Shown piece after piece: positions 38,183 to 47,771 of a stretch of DNA of 64,000 nucleotides. The stretch is from Anaeromyxobacteraceae bacterium (lineage in GTDB: Bacteria > Myxococcota > Myxococcia > Myxococcales > Anaeromyxobacteraceae), in contig JASGHJ010000001.1 of NCBI GenBank assembly GCA_047602405.1, positions 1,696,001-1,760,000 of the forward strand. The letters run 5' to 3'. The notes under the pieces are model-generated. The model was not told the DNA's origin and made no database searches. It saw only the letters and a list, made by a program, of their open reading frames with translations. Positions within the stretch are counted from its first letter, which is position 1. Each line of letters starts with the position of its first letter. Both the position numbers and the translations under genes were made by a program.

Positions 38183-40179
38183 CGCGCCGCCGAGAGCTTC
38201 CGGTCGATGACGGCCTTGAGCGCCGCGAACTCCACCGCGCCCTCGACCTTCTCGCCGTTCACGAGCATCGTCGGCGTCGCCTCGACGCCGGCGCGGCTCG
38301 CCATCGCCTGGTCGTCCGCGATGCGCTTCTTCGCGGCGGCCGAGCCGACCGAGGCCTGGTAGCGGCCCATGTCGAGCCCCGCCTGCTTCGCGAGGCGCTC
38401 GAACGCGCCGGGCTGCGAGAACTCCTGCTGGTTCGCGAAGAGCACGTCGTGCATCTGCCAGAACTTGCCCTGCTCGCGCGCGGCCTCGGCGGCCTCGGCG
38501 GCCGGCTGCGCCTGCGGGTGCATCTGCGGCGGGAGCGGCAGGTGCTTCCAGACGAACTTCACGCTGCTGCCGTAGGTCTTCTCGGCCTCCTGCAGCGCCG
38601 GGAGCACCCGCTTGCAGAACGGGCACTGGAAGTCGCTGAAGATGACGATCGAGACCGGCGCCGAGGCGCTGCCCTTGACCGGGTCGTCGGGGCGGACCGT
38701 GACGCCGCCGCCGGCGGCCGCGAGCGCGGCGCCCTGCGCGAGGTTCGCGTCGCAGGCCTTCTCGTAGGTGCCGGCGTCGGGCTTCTTGCCCGCGAGCAGC
38801 GCGTCGACCTTCTGGAGCTCCTCGTCGGCGATGGCCTTCATCTGGTCGAAGGGCTTCGCGCCCACGACCTTGCGGCAGTTGAAGAACATGGTGGGCGTGC
38901 CGCCCGCGCCGACCGCGCTGCCGGCCGCCATGTCCTCCTGGATGCGCGCCTGCGCCTTGTTCGCCGCGACGAAGGCCTTGTACTTCGCCATGTCGAGGCC
39001 GGCCTGCTGCGCCCACCGCTCGAGCGACGGGCCGTCGAGCGCCTGCTGGTTCGCGAACAGCGTGTCGTGCAGCGGCCAGAACTTGCCCTGCTCGCGCGCG
39101 GCCTCGGCGGCCATCGCGGCGGGCATCGCGTTCGGGTGCATCGAGAGCGGCTGGTGCTTCCAGACGACCCGGAGCTGGCCCTTCATCGACTCCTCGAGCT
39201 GCTTCAGGGTCGGCTCGACGCGGCTGCAGAACGGGCACTGGAAGTCGCTCCAGATGACCACCGTGAGCTTCGCGTCCTTCGGGCCCTTCGCCGGGTCGTC
39301 GGGGCGGAAGGTGACCTTCTGGAACTGCGCGGGCGGCGGGGCGGCGGGCGCGGGCGGCGCGGCGGGCGCGTTCTCCACGGCGCCGGGCGCGGCGGGCAGC
39401 ATCACCTTCGTGGTGGACGCCGTCGCCATCACGCGGTTGTACACGTCGCGCGGCGCCGTGCCGGCCTTGACCATGCCCTCGGCCTTCGCGAGCTCCTCGT
39501 CGATCACCTGCTTGAAGGTGTCGTAGGGGTAGGCGCCCTCGATCTTGCGGCCGTTGATGAAGAGGCACGGCGTCGCGAGCGCGCCGAGGCTCCCGAGCAG
39601 CTGCTGGTCGCGGGTGATGCGCGCCTCGTACTTCCTCGAGTCGATCGCGGCCTTCACCTTCGCCGTGTCGAGGCCGACCTCGCCGGCCGCCTTGACGATC
39701 GAGTCGATCGAGAGGTCCTGCGTCTCGAAGAGCTTGTCGGCGAGCGCCCAGAACTTCGCGTCGCCGCCCTGGACCCGGGCCTCCTCGGTCGCGAGCGCGG
39801 CGGGCATCGCCATCGGGTGGATCGAGAGCGGGTTCTGCTTGAAGACGTAGCGGATCTTGCCCGGGTAGGCGGCCTCGATCTGCTTCAGCGTCGGGATCAC
39901 GCGCTTGCAGAACGGGCACTGGAAGTCGCTCGCCTCGACGAACGTGATGAGCGCGTCGGCGGGGCCCTTCGCGGGCGAGTCGTCGACCGGCACCCGGTAG
40001 ACCGCCTTCGGGTCCTCGCGCGGCGGGGCCGGGCGGGGCGCGGCCGGGTTCGGGGCGGCGGCGGTCGGCCCAGGGGCGGCGCCGGTGCGCGGGCGCGAGT
40101 TCACGTCGATCGCGCCGCGGCCGAAGAAGCCGATGGCGAGACCGATGACGAGGGCGATCACCCAGCTGACGTGCTTCAT
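38179..40179 (-). CDS. Membrane-anchored DsbA-family protein with three thioredoxin domains
   Basis: Three SDFQCPFC motifs, each followed by a cis-Pro loop (ATP, GTP, ATP); N-terminal TM. Confidence 0.92.
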   Translation of the reverse strand: MKHVSWVIALVIGLAIGFFGRGAIDVNSRPRTGAAPGPTAAAPNPAAPRPAPPREDPKAVYRVPVDDSPAKGPADALITFVEASDFQCPFCKRVIPTLKQIEAAYPGKIRYVFKQNPLSIHPMAMPAALATEEARVQGGDAKFWALADKLFETQDLSIDSIVKAAGEVGLDTAKVKAAIDSRKYEARITRDQQLLGSLGALATPCLFINGRKIEGAYPYDTFKQVIDEELAKAEGMVKAGTAPRDVYNRVMATASTTKVMLPAAPGAVENAPAAPPAPAAPPPAQFQKVTFRPDDPAKGPKDAKLTVVIWSDFQCPFCSRVEPTLKQLEESMKGQLRVVWKHQPLSMHPNAMPAAMAAEAAREQGKFWPLHDTLFANQQALDGPSLERWAQQAGLDMAKYKAFVAANKAQARIQEDMAAGSAVGAGGTPTMFFNCRKVVGAKPFDQMKAIADEELQKVDALLAGKKPDAGTYEKACDANLAQGAALAAAGGGVTVRPDDPVKGSASAPVSIVIFSDFQCPFCKRVLPALQEAEKTYGSSVKFVWKHLPLPPQMHPQAQPAAEAAEAAREQGKFWQMHDVLFANQQEFSQPGAFERLAKQAGLDMGRYQASVGSAAAKKRIADDQAMASRAGVEATPTMLVNGEKVEGAVEFAALKAVIDRKLSAAR

Positions 40180-40272
40180 GGGGGGTTCTCCTAGAGTTGC
40201 CCGGGGGATACCACGGGGCAGGGCCCTGCTCAACGTCGCGGCCAACGGTGGCGACTGCTGCCGGGGAGGGGG

Positions 40273-40318
40273 CCCGCGGAGCTTTGCTCCGCGGGGAGGG
40301 GGGCGCCGAGCCCCCCTC
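40273..40318. repeat. Double-hairpin intergenic palindromic element (second REP-like type or terminator)
   Basis: CCCGCGGAGC-TTT-GCTCCGCGGG directly followed by GAGGGGGGC-GCCGA-GCCCCCCTC. Confidence 0.6.
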
Positions 40319-40802
40319 AGAGATGCAGCGTGGCCCCGACCCGGAACAACAGCGGGATGCCGATGTCGTTCCCGAGGAAGCTCCCGACGTCGACCCCCGC
40401 ATCGAGCGACAGCCGGCCGGTCAGGCGCACCTCGTAGGCGGCGCCCAGGAGGAGCCAGCGCCAGTGCATGCCGCGATCGCGCGCGTTCGAGGCGTCGAAC
40501 GCCACCCGGACCCGAAACGGATATTCACCCGGCGACCACGAGAGGCCCGGCCGGATGGCGACGTTGCGGTCCGGTTGAACGCCGAGGGCGAACGAGAGCT
40601 CGGGCCTGAGGCCGTAGGCGCCGAGCTCCCACCCTCCGAGGAGGGCGAGCTCGCCGACACCCTTCGAGAACCGGGAGGCCAGGCCGAGCTCGCCGCCGCC
40701 GGCGAGCGAGAGGCCGACCACCGGGCCGGGGGCTTCCTGGGAACGCGCGAGGGAGGGCGCGCACACGAGCGCGAGCGCCAGAAGCTGCACGGGGCGACGC
40801 AT
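40317..40802 (-). CDS. Small predicted outer-membrane beta-barrel protein
   Basis: Signal peptide; alternating strands; ends FRVGATLHL. Confidence 0.6.
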   Translation of the reverse strand: MRRPVQLLALALVCAPSLARSQEAPGPVVGLSLAGGGELGLASRFSKGVGELALLGGWELGAYGLRPELSFALGVQPDRNVAIRPGLSWSPGEYPFRVRVAFDASNARDRGMHWRWLLLGAAYEVRLTGRLSLDAGVDVGSFLGNDIGIPLLFRVGATLHL

Positions 40803-40875
40803 CGCGGCGAACGTACCCCCGGGCCGCCTGTGCGGGCAAGCATGGGCCCCGAGGAGCCACTAGAATGCCGCGGCC

Positions 40876-41154
40876 GTGAAGCCCGCCCCGCCGCTCGAGG
40901 AGCCCACCCCGCCCGCCGATCTCCCGGCGCCCGCGCGCGTGCTCGACACCTCGGGCACCCTGTGCCCCTTCCCGATCGTCGAGACCGCGAAGGCGGTGAA
41001 GGCGCTCGGGGCGGGTGAGGTGCTGTGCGTGATCGCGACCGATCCGGGCGTCCGGACCGACATGCCGATGTGGTGCAAGGCGACGCGCAACGAGCACCTC
41101 GGGACGTTCCGCGAGGGCGCGGCGTTCAGGAGCTGGATCAGGAAGCGGAGGTAG
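40876..41154 (+). CDS. tusA: TusA-family sulfur carrier
   Basis: LDTSGTLCPFPIV, IATDPG..D. Confidence 0.88.
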   Translation: MKPAPPLEEPTPPADLPAPARVLDTSGTLCPFPIVETAKAVKALGAGEVLCVIATDPGVRTDMPMWCKATRNEHLGTFREGAAFRSWIRKRR

Positions 41155-41157
41155 CAG

Positions 41158-42213
41158 GTGGCGGGCAAGGCGATCGGGATGATCTCGGGGGGGCTCGACT
41201 CGACGCTCGCGGTGGCGCTCGTGCGCCGCCAGGGCATCGAGGTGAAGGCCATCAACTTCTACACGGGGCTCTGCATCACCGAGACCCAGCGGCGCAAGGG
41301 CGGCCGCCCGGACGGCAGCGTCCCGCAGAACGAGGCCCTGCGCGCGGCGGCCGACCTCGAGGTCGACATCGAGTACGTCGACATCTCCCAGTCCGGCTAC
41401 TTCGACATGCTCGTGCAGCCGCGCTGGGGCTACGGCGCGAACGCGAACCCGTGCGTGGACTGCCGCGTCTTCATGATGAAGAAGGCGAAGGAGATCATGG
41501 AGGCGGAGGGCGCCGACTTCGTCTTCACCGGCGAGGTGCTCGGGCAGCGCCCGAAGAGCCAGCGGCGCGACACGCTCCGCATCGTCGAGCGGGAGAGCGG
41601 CCTCACCGGCCGGCTCGTGCGCCCGCTCTCGGCGCGCCTCCTCGAGCCGACCATCCCGGAGAAGGAGGGCCTGCTCGACCGCTCGAGGCTCGGCGACATC
41701 AGCGGCCGCTCCCGCAAGGCGCAGATGGCGCTCGCGCGCGAGCTCGGCATCGTCGAGTGGCCGCAGCCCGCCGGCGGGTGCTGCTTCCTCACCGACGAGA
41801 GCTTCTCCGAGAAGTTCTTCGACCTGCTCGACGCGCGGGAGCGGGCCGGGGAGGGCCGCCACCTCGACCGGGAGGACGTGGTGCTGCTCTCGACCGGCCG
41901 CCGGATCCGCCTGTCGCCGGGCGCGATGCTCATCGTGGGCCGCACCGAGGTCGAGAACGTGCTCCTCGAGAAGTTCACCGAGGGGCGCGCGCGGCTCGAG
42001 GGGAAGGACGTGCAGGGGCCGGTGGCGCTCGTCGAGGGCAAGCCGACCTGGGAGGAGCGGCAGCTCGCCGCCCGGATCGTGGCCCGCTACGGCAAGGGCA
42101 AGGATCGACCGGTGGTCGACGTCGAGTGGCGGGAAAGCGACGGCGAGACCGAGGTGTACGCCGTCGAGCCGGAGAAGGACGAGGCGAAGATCGAGTCCCT
42201 TCGGGTGGGATGA
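41158..42213 (+). CDS. PP-loop tRNA thiouridylase-like protein (ThiI/MnmA-related)
   Basis: SGGLDS PP-loop, NPCVDCR, TGEVLGQRP, PAGGCCFL. Confidence 0.8.
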   Translation: MAGKAIGMISGGLDSTLAVALVRRQGIEVKAINFYTGLCITETQRRKGGRPDGSVPQNEALRAAADLEVDIEYVDISQSGYFDMLVQPRWGYGANANPCVDCRVFMMKKAKEIMEAEGADFVFTGEVLGQRPKSQRRDTLRIVERESGLTGRLVRPLSARLLEPTIPEKEGLLDRSRLGDISGRSRKAQMALARELGIVEWPQPAGGCCFLTDESFSEKFFDLLDARERAGEGRHLDREDVVLLSTGRRIRLSPGAMLIVGRTEVENVLLEKFTEGRARLEGKDVQGPVALVEGKPTWEERQLAARIVARYGKGKDRPVVDVEWRESDGETEVYAVEPEKDEAKIESLRVG

Positions 42214-42311
42214 CGACTGTGACCGGCGGATGACGCGCCCGGACAGCGAGCGTTTGGTTCACCACGGGGTCCCGTTCTGGTAGTACGACGACCCCAAAGG
42301 AGAGGGAAAAA

Positions 42312-45140
42312 ATGCCCCAGAAGCGCATCTACGCGTTCGGCGGTGGCAAGGCGGATGGCAACAAGGACATGAAGGAGCTGCTCGGCGGGAAGGGCGCCGG
42401 GCTCGCCGAGATGTCCTCGATCGGCATCCCGGTCCCGCCGGGCTTCACGATCACGACCGAGGTCTGCACCGAGTACTACCGCGGCGGCAAGAGGCTGCCG
42501 AAGGGGCTCGAGGCCGACATCAAGGCCGCGATGAAGAAGACCGAGGCCCTCACCGGCAAGAGGTTCGGTGACGCCGAGAACCCCCTCCTCGTGTCCGTCC
42601 GCTCCGGCGCCCGCGTCTCGATGCCGGGCATGATGGACACCGTCCTCAACCTCGGCCTCAACGACGTGACGGTCGCCGCGCTCGAGAAGAAGAGCGGCAA
42701 CGCGCGCTTCGCCTGGGACTCCTACCGCCGCTTCGTCGCGATGTTCGGCGACGTCGTGCTCGGCCTGAAGCCCGAGAAGAAGGAGGACCGCGATCCGTTC
42801 GAGGAGCTCCTCGAGGCGAAGAAGCACCGCCTCGGCGTGAAGTTCGACTCCGACCTCCCCACCGAGGCGCTGAAGGAGCTCGTCTCCGAGTTCAAGGCCG
42901 CCATCCAGGCGAAGAAGGGCATCGCCTTCCCCGACGATCCGTACGGCCAGCTCACCGAGGCCGTCCTCGCGGTCTTCCGCTCCTGGGAGAACGACCGCGC
43001 GAACGCCTACCGCAAGATGTACGGCTACCCGTCGTCGTGGGGCACCGCCGTCAACGTGCAGTCGATGGTGTTCGGCAACATGGGCGACGACTCCGGCACC
43101 GGCGTCGCGTTCACCCGCAACCCGGCCACCGGCGAGAACGACTTCTACGGCGAGTTCCTCGTGAACGCGCAGGGCGAGGACGTCGTCGCCGGCACGCGCA
43201 CGCCGCAGAAGATCGCCCAGCTCGCGGCGAAGTGGCCCGAGCTCGCGAAGCAGCTCGACGAGACGCGCCTCAAGCTCGAGCGGCACTACCGCGACATGCA
43301 GGACATCGAGTTCACCATCGAGCAGGGCACGCTGTACGTCCTGCAGACCCGCAACGCGAAGCGCACCGGCCTCGCCGCCGTGCGCATCGCGGTGGAGATG
43401 GCGGACGAGAAGCTCATCTCGAAGGAGGAGGCGCTCGGCCGCATCGACCCCGAGGCGCTCAACCACCTCCTGCGCCCGGTCTTCGACGCCGACCGGAAGA
43501 AGGAGTCGGTCAAGGGCGGCAAGCTCCTCGCGAAGGGCCTGCCCGCCGGCCCCGGCGCCGCCTCGGGGAAGCTCGTCTTCTTCGCCGAGGACGCCGAGGC
43601 GTGGAAGGCCCGCGGCGAGCAGGTCGTCCTCGCCCGCCACGAGACCAGCCCCGAGGACATCCGCGGCATGGCCGCCTCCGAGGGCTTCCTCACCGCCTTC
43701 GGCGGCATGACCTCGCACGCGGCGCTCGTCGCCCGGCAGATGGGCAAGGTCGCCATCGTCGGCTGCGAGGCGCTCTCGTTCGACTACCACGGCCGGAAGA
43801 TGACGGTCTCGACCGACAAGGGCGAGCGCGTCTTCCGCGAGGGCGAGTGGATCTCGATCGACGGCTCGACCGGCGAGGTCATCGAGGGCCAGCTCTCGAC
43901 GACGCCGTCGGAGGTCGTGCAGGTGCTCGTCGAGAAGACCCGCGACGCGAAGGACGCGCCGGTCTACCGCGAGTTCGCGAAGATCATGAGCTGGGCCGAC
44001 GGCGTCCGCCGCCTGAAGGTCCGCGCCAACGCCGACCAGCCCGATCAGGCCACCACCGCCATCGCCTTCGGCGCGCAGGGCATCGGGCTCTGCCGCACGG
44101 AGCACATGTTCTTCGGCGAGGGCAAGATCGGCCCGATGCGCGAGATGATCGTCGCCGAGTCGGTCGAGGCCCGCCGCGCCGCGCTCGCGAAGCTCCTCCC
44201 GGTGCAGCGCGAGGACTTCCGCGGCATCTTCGAGGCGATGGGGCCGCGCCCGGTCACCATCCGCACCATCGACCCGCCGCTCCACGAGTTCCTCCCGCAC
44301 GACGCCGCCGGCCAGGCCGAGCTCGCGAAGGCCACCGGGATGTCGCTCGAGAAGGTGAAGGCCCGGATCGACGAGCTGCACGAGTCGAACCCGATGCTCG
44401 GCCACCGCGGCTGCCGCCTGGGGATCTCGTATCCGGAGATCACCGAGATGCAGGCGCGCGCCATCTTCGAGGCCGCGTGCGACGCGGCCGAGAAGGGCGT
44501 GAAGGTCGAGCCGGAGGTCATGATCCCGCTCGTCGGCAACGTGAAGGAGCTCGACGACCAGGCCGCCATCGTGAAGGCCGTGGCGGACGAGGTCATCCAG
44601 AAGCGCGGCCAGAAGGTGAAGTACCTGGTCGGCACGATGATCGAGGTCCCGCGCGGCGCGCTCACCGCCGGCGAGATCGCGAAGACCGCCCAGTTCTTCT
44701 CGTTCGGCACGAACGACCTGACCCAGACCTGCTTCGGCCTGTCGCGCGACGACACCGCCCCGGTGCTCGCCGCGTACCTCGAGAAGGAGATCTACCCGGT
44801 CGACCCGTTCGTCTCGATCGACCGCGACGGCGTCGGCGCGCTCATGAAGATCGCCGCGCAGGCCGGCCGCGCCACGCGCCCCGGCATGAAGCTCGGCATC
44901 TGCGGCGAGCACGGCGGCGACCCGAGCTCGGTGGAGTTCTGCCACCAGGTCGGCCTCGACTACGTGTCCTGCTCGCCGTACCGGCTCCCCATCGCCCGCC
45001 TCGCCGCGGCCCAGGCCGCGCTGAAGGAGGCCGCCTCGGCCAAGAAGGCGGCGAAGAAGCCCGCCCCGAAGGCGACGAGGAAGGTCGCCGCGAAGATCGT
45101 GAAGAAGGCGAAGAAGCCGGCCGGCAAGAAGCGCCGGTAG
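42312..45140 (+). CDS. ppdK: Pyruvate, phosphate dikinase
   Basis: LLGGKGA, SVRSGA, GGMTSHAA phospho-His, GLCRTEHMF, SFGTNDLTQ, GICGEHGGDP; Lys-rich C-terminal tail. Confidence 0.97.
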   Translation: MPQKRIYAFGGGKADGNKDMKELLGGKGAGLAEMSSIGIPVPPGFTITTEVCTEYYRGGKRLPKGLEADIKAAMKKTEALTGKRFGDAENPLLVSVRSGARVSMPGMMDTVLNLGLNDVTVAALEKKSGNARFAWDSYRRFVAMFGDVVLGLKPEKKEDRDPFEELLEAKKHRLGVKFDSDLPTEALKELVSEFKAAIQAKKGIAFPDDPYGQLTEAVLAVFRSWENDRANAYRKMYGYPSSWGTAVNVQSMVFGNMGDDSGTGVAFTRNPATGENDFYGEFLVNAQGEDVVAGTRTPQKIAQLAAKWPELAKQLDETRLKLERHYRDMQDIEFTIEQGTLYVLQTRNAKRTGLAAVRIAVEMADEKLISKEEALGRIDPEALNHLLRPVFDADRKKESVKGGKLLAKGLPAGPGAASGKLVFFAEDAEAWKARGEQVVLARHETSPEDIRGMAASEGFLTAFGGMTSHAALVARQMGKVAIVGCEALSFDYHGRKMTVSTDKGERVFREGEWISIDGSTGEVIEGQLSTTPSEVVQVLVEKTRDAKDAPVYREFAKIMSWADGVRRLKVRANADQPDQATTAIAFGAQGIGLCRTEHMFFGEGKIGPMREMIVAESVEARRAALAKLLPVQREDFRGIFEAMGPRPVTIRTIDPPLHEFLPHDAAGQAELAKATGMSLEKVKARIDELHESNPMLGHRGCRLGISYPEITEMQARAIFEAACDAAEKGVKVEPEVMIPLVGNVKELDDQAAIVKAVADEVIQKRGQKVKYLVGTMIEVPRGALTAGEIAKTAQFFSFGTNDLTQTCFGLSRDDTAPVLAAYLEKEIYPVDPFVSIDRDGVGALMKIAAQAGRATRPGMKLGICGEHGGDPSSVEFCHQVGLDYVSCSPYRLPIARLAAAQAALKEAASAKKAAKKPAPKATRKVAAKIVKKAKKPAGKKRR

Positions 45141-45143
45141 GCC

Positions 45144-45191
45144 GTCCTTCGACTTCGGCCCGCTTCGCGGGCCTACGCTCAGGATGAGCGG
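45144..45191 (-). repeat. REP-like element family 1, copy E (cleanest copy)
   Basis: Minus strand CCGCTCATCCTGAGCGTA-GGCCCGC-GAA-GCGGGCC-GAAGTCGAAGGAC. Confidence 0.85.
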
Positions 45192-45200
45192 AGTCGTTCC

Positions 45201-45239
45201 AGGCCCTCTCCCCGCCGCGGGAGAGGGCCTTCTCGTTTC
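45201..45239 (+). terminator. Rho-independent terminator-like hairpin after ppdK
   Basis: AGGCCCTCTCCC-CGCCGC-GGGAGAGGGCCT followed by TCTCGTTTC. Confidence 0.65.
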
Positions 45240-45355
45240 GCTCGCCGTGGGCCAGGACTCCGGATGGGGTGGGCGGGTCCCGGCACGTGCCTCGGCCGCG
45301 CGGGTCCGCTAGGTCCCCGAGAACGTCGCACCCGAACCGCCCTGAGGCCTCCGGA

Positions 45356-45643
45356 TTGCCAGACGCCCCGCCCATCACGCTCTTCTTCCACGGGTCGCTG
45401 CGGAGCCACGCCGGCGGCGAGGCGCGACTCTCGCTCTCCGCCGCGAGCGTCCGCGCCGCCCTCGCGGAGCTCGAGCGCACGCACCCCGCGCTGTACGCCT
45501 GCCTCTGCGACGAGACCGGAGCCCTGCGCCGGCACCTCTCCGTCTTCGTCAACTCGAGGCACATCGCGGACCGCGAGGGGATCGAGACGCGGCTCGCGCC
45601 TGGAGATTCCGTCGTCGTCCTGCCCGCCGTCTCCGGAGGTTGA
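45356..45643 (+). CDS. MoaD/ThiS ubiquitin-like protein
   Basis: SVFVNSRHI...LAPGDSVVVLPAVSGG with C-terminal GG; TTG start inferred. Confidence 0.88.
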   Translation: MPDAPPITLFFHGSLRSHAGGEARLSLSAASVRAALAELERTHPALYACLCDETGALRRHLSVFVNSRHIADREGIETRLAPGDSVVVLPAVSGG

Positions 45644-46758
45644 ACGTGGCCGACCGTGTGATCCTGGCCGTGGGAACCAAGAAGGGCCTCTTCGTCGCCG
45701 AGGCCGCGAAGGGGCGGCGCAGGTTCCGGCTCCGCGGCCCGTCGGGCGCGGGGGTGCCCGTCTACTCGGCGCTCGTCGACACCCGCGGCAAGCCGCGCAT
45801 CTACGCGGGCAGCTGCAACCCGTTCTTCGGCATGAAGGTCCTGCGCTCCACCGATCTCGGGAAGACGTTCCAGGAGACCCGCTCGGCGCCGGCCTTCCCC
45901 AAGGGCGACGGGCGCGCGCTCGCGAACATCTGGGCGCTCGAGCCCGGCGCCGGGAAGGGCGAGCTCTGGGCGGGGGTGGAGCCGGCGTCCCTGTTCCGCA
46001 GCCAGGACGGCGGCGACAGCTGGGCGATGGTCGAGGGCATCAGCAACCACCCGCACGCGCGCAAGTGGCACCCGGGCAACGGCGGCCTCTGCCTGCACAC
46101 CATCGTCCGGACCGGTGAACGGATGCACCTCGGCATCTCCACGGGGGGTCACTACCTCAGCGAGGACGGGGGCCGGGCGTTCTCGGCCGCCAACACCGGC
46201 GTGGGCGCGGGGTTCGCCCCCGATCCGTTCCCCGAGTTCGGGCAGTGCGTGCACAAGATCGCCCGGCACGACGGCGCCCCGGGTCGCCTCTACATGCAGA
46301 ACCACGGCGGCTGGGGCGAGTGGGACGGCCCGGGCGGCCCGCGCCCGAACATCGGCGTGCTGCGCAGCGACGACCACGGCCGCACCTGGCGCTCGATCGC
46401 CCAGGGGCTGCCCTCCGACTTCGGCTTCCCCATCGTCGTGCACCCGCACGACCCCGACACGGTCTACGTGGTCCCGCTCGTGCCCGAGACGCGCACGTGC
46501 CCCGGCAGCGCGCCGGCCGTCTGGCGGAGCACGGACGGCGGCGGTTCGTGGAGGCGCCTCGCGAAGGGCTTTCCGAGGAAGGAGGCCTTCTTCACGGTCC
46601 TGCGCGACGCCATGGCCGCAGACGACCTCGGCTCGCCGGCCCTCTACCTCGGCACCACCACGGGCCAGCTGTGGATCGGCCGGGACGGCGGAGAGCAATG
46701 GGAGTGCCTGTTCGACTCGCTCCCTCCCATCAACTGCGTGAAGGTCGCGGTGGCGTAG
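45640..46758 (+). CDS. BNR/Asp-box beta-propeller protein (sialidase-like fold), cytoplasmic
   Basis: VGTKKGLF; repeated SxDxGxxW/F boxes; GQCVHK, QNHGG, LPSDFGFP; TTGA overlap with the MoaD gene. Confidence 0.85.
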   Translation: MNVADRVILAVGTKKGLFVAEAAKGRRRFRLRGPSGAGVPVYSALVDTRGKPRIYAGSCNPFFGMKVLRSTDLGKTFQETRSAPAFPKGDGRALANIWALEPGAGKGELWAGVEPASLFRSQDGGDSWAMVEGISNHPHARKWHPGNGGLCLHTIVRTGERMHLGISTGGHYLSEDGGRAFSAANTGVGAGFAPDPFPEFGQCVHKIARHDGAPGRLYMQNHGGWGEWDGPGGPRPNIGVLRSDDHGRTWRSIAQGLPSDFGFPIVVHPHDPDTVYVVPLVPETRTCPGSAPAVWRSTDGGGSWRRLAKGFPRKEAFFTVLRDAMAADDLGSPALYLGTTTGQLWIGRDGGEQWECLFDSLPPINCVKVAVA

Positions 46759-46780
46759 GGCGCCGTCGCGCTCCCCGGGT

Positions 46781-47689
46781 TCACCCGCCCAGCTTCGCAC
46801 TCCGCAGCCCGTCGAGCAGCGCCCCCACCACCGGCGACTCCGCCGCGCCCGACGGCGTGAGCGCGCGCAGCACGAGCCCGCCGAGCGCCGGGCGGACCGC
46901 GACCTCCACGTACACGCCCTCGCGGAGCTCCTTCTCGATGGCGTGGACCGGGAGGAGCCCGAGCGCCTCGCCGCCCGCGAGGATCCCGCGCTTCACGCCC
47001 TCGACCGTCCCGAGCGCCTGCGTGCGCGGCGGCGGGAGCCCGGCCGCGACGAAGTGGCGGCGCAGCACGTCGTGGTAGTCCCCGGCCGCATCGCTCATGA
47101 AGAAGTCACAGCGCCGGAGCGCGTCCGCCGCCGCGGGCCCGCCCGCGAGCGGGTGGCCCGGCGCGCCGAAGATCACGAGCCGCGCCCGCGCGAGCGCCTG
47201 GCCCTCGTCGTCGGCGCGCTCCCGCTCCTCGGCCTCGAGCACGAGCCCGACGTCGCAGCGCCCCCCGGCGACCGCCTCGCGGATCTGCGCGCACGCGAGG
47301 CTCATCACCTCGACCCGCGTCCCCGGCCAGCGCGCGCGCAGCGCCGCGAGCCGCGCGGGCAGCACGTACGCGCAGAGCGACTCGACCGCCGCGACCGCGA
47401 GCCGCGCGTTCACCGCGGTCGACACCTTCGCGAGCTCGCCGAGGAGCTCGGTCCGGAGCGCGAGCATCCGCCGCGCGTGCGGCACGAGCGCCTCGCCCGC
47501 CGCGGTCAGGAGTGGACCCCGCCCGGCCCGCCGGAGCACCGCCGCGCCGAGCGCGCGCTCGAGCGCGACGAGGGTCTCCGAGACCGTCGACTGCGACGTC
47601 CCGAGCGCCCGGGCCGCGGCGGTGACGGTCCCCTCCTCGACGACGGCGAGGAAGACCTTGAGGTGCCTGAGCTCGAGCTCGGCCTTCAC
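46781..47689 (-). CDS. LysR-family transcriptional regulator
   Basis: LELRHLKVFLAVVEEGTVTAAARALGTSQSTVS. Confidence 0.9.
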   Translation of the reverse strand: MKAELELRHLKVFLAVVEEGTVTAAARALGTSQSTVSETLVALERALGAAVLRRAGRGPLLTAAGEALVPHARRMLALRTELLGELAKVSTAVNARLAVAAVESLCAYVLPARLAALRARWPGTRVEVMSLACAQIREAVAGGRCDVGLVLEAEERERADDEGQALARARLVIFGAPGHPLAGGPAAADALRRCDFFMSDAAGDYHDVLRRHFVAAGLPPPRTQALGTVEGVKRGILAGGEALGLLPVHAIEKELREGVYVEVAVRPALGGLVLRALTPSGAAESPVVGALLDGLRSAKLGG

Positions 47690-47771
47690 GCGCGGAGCGT
47701 ACCATCGGCGCGCCCGATGACCGCCATCGCCCCTTTGGAGCGCCCGGGGCGCCCTCGTACGGTCCCGGGCC

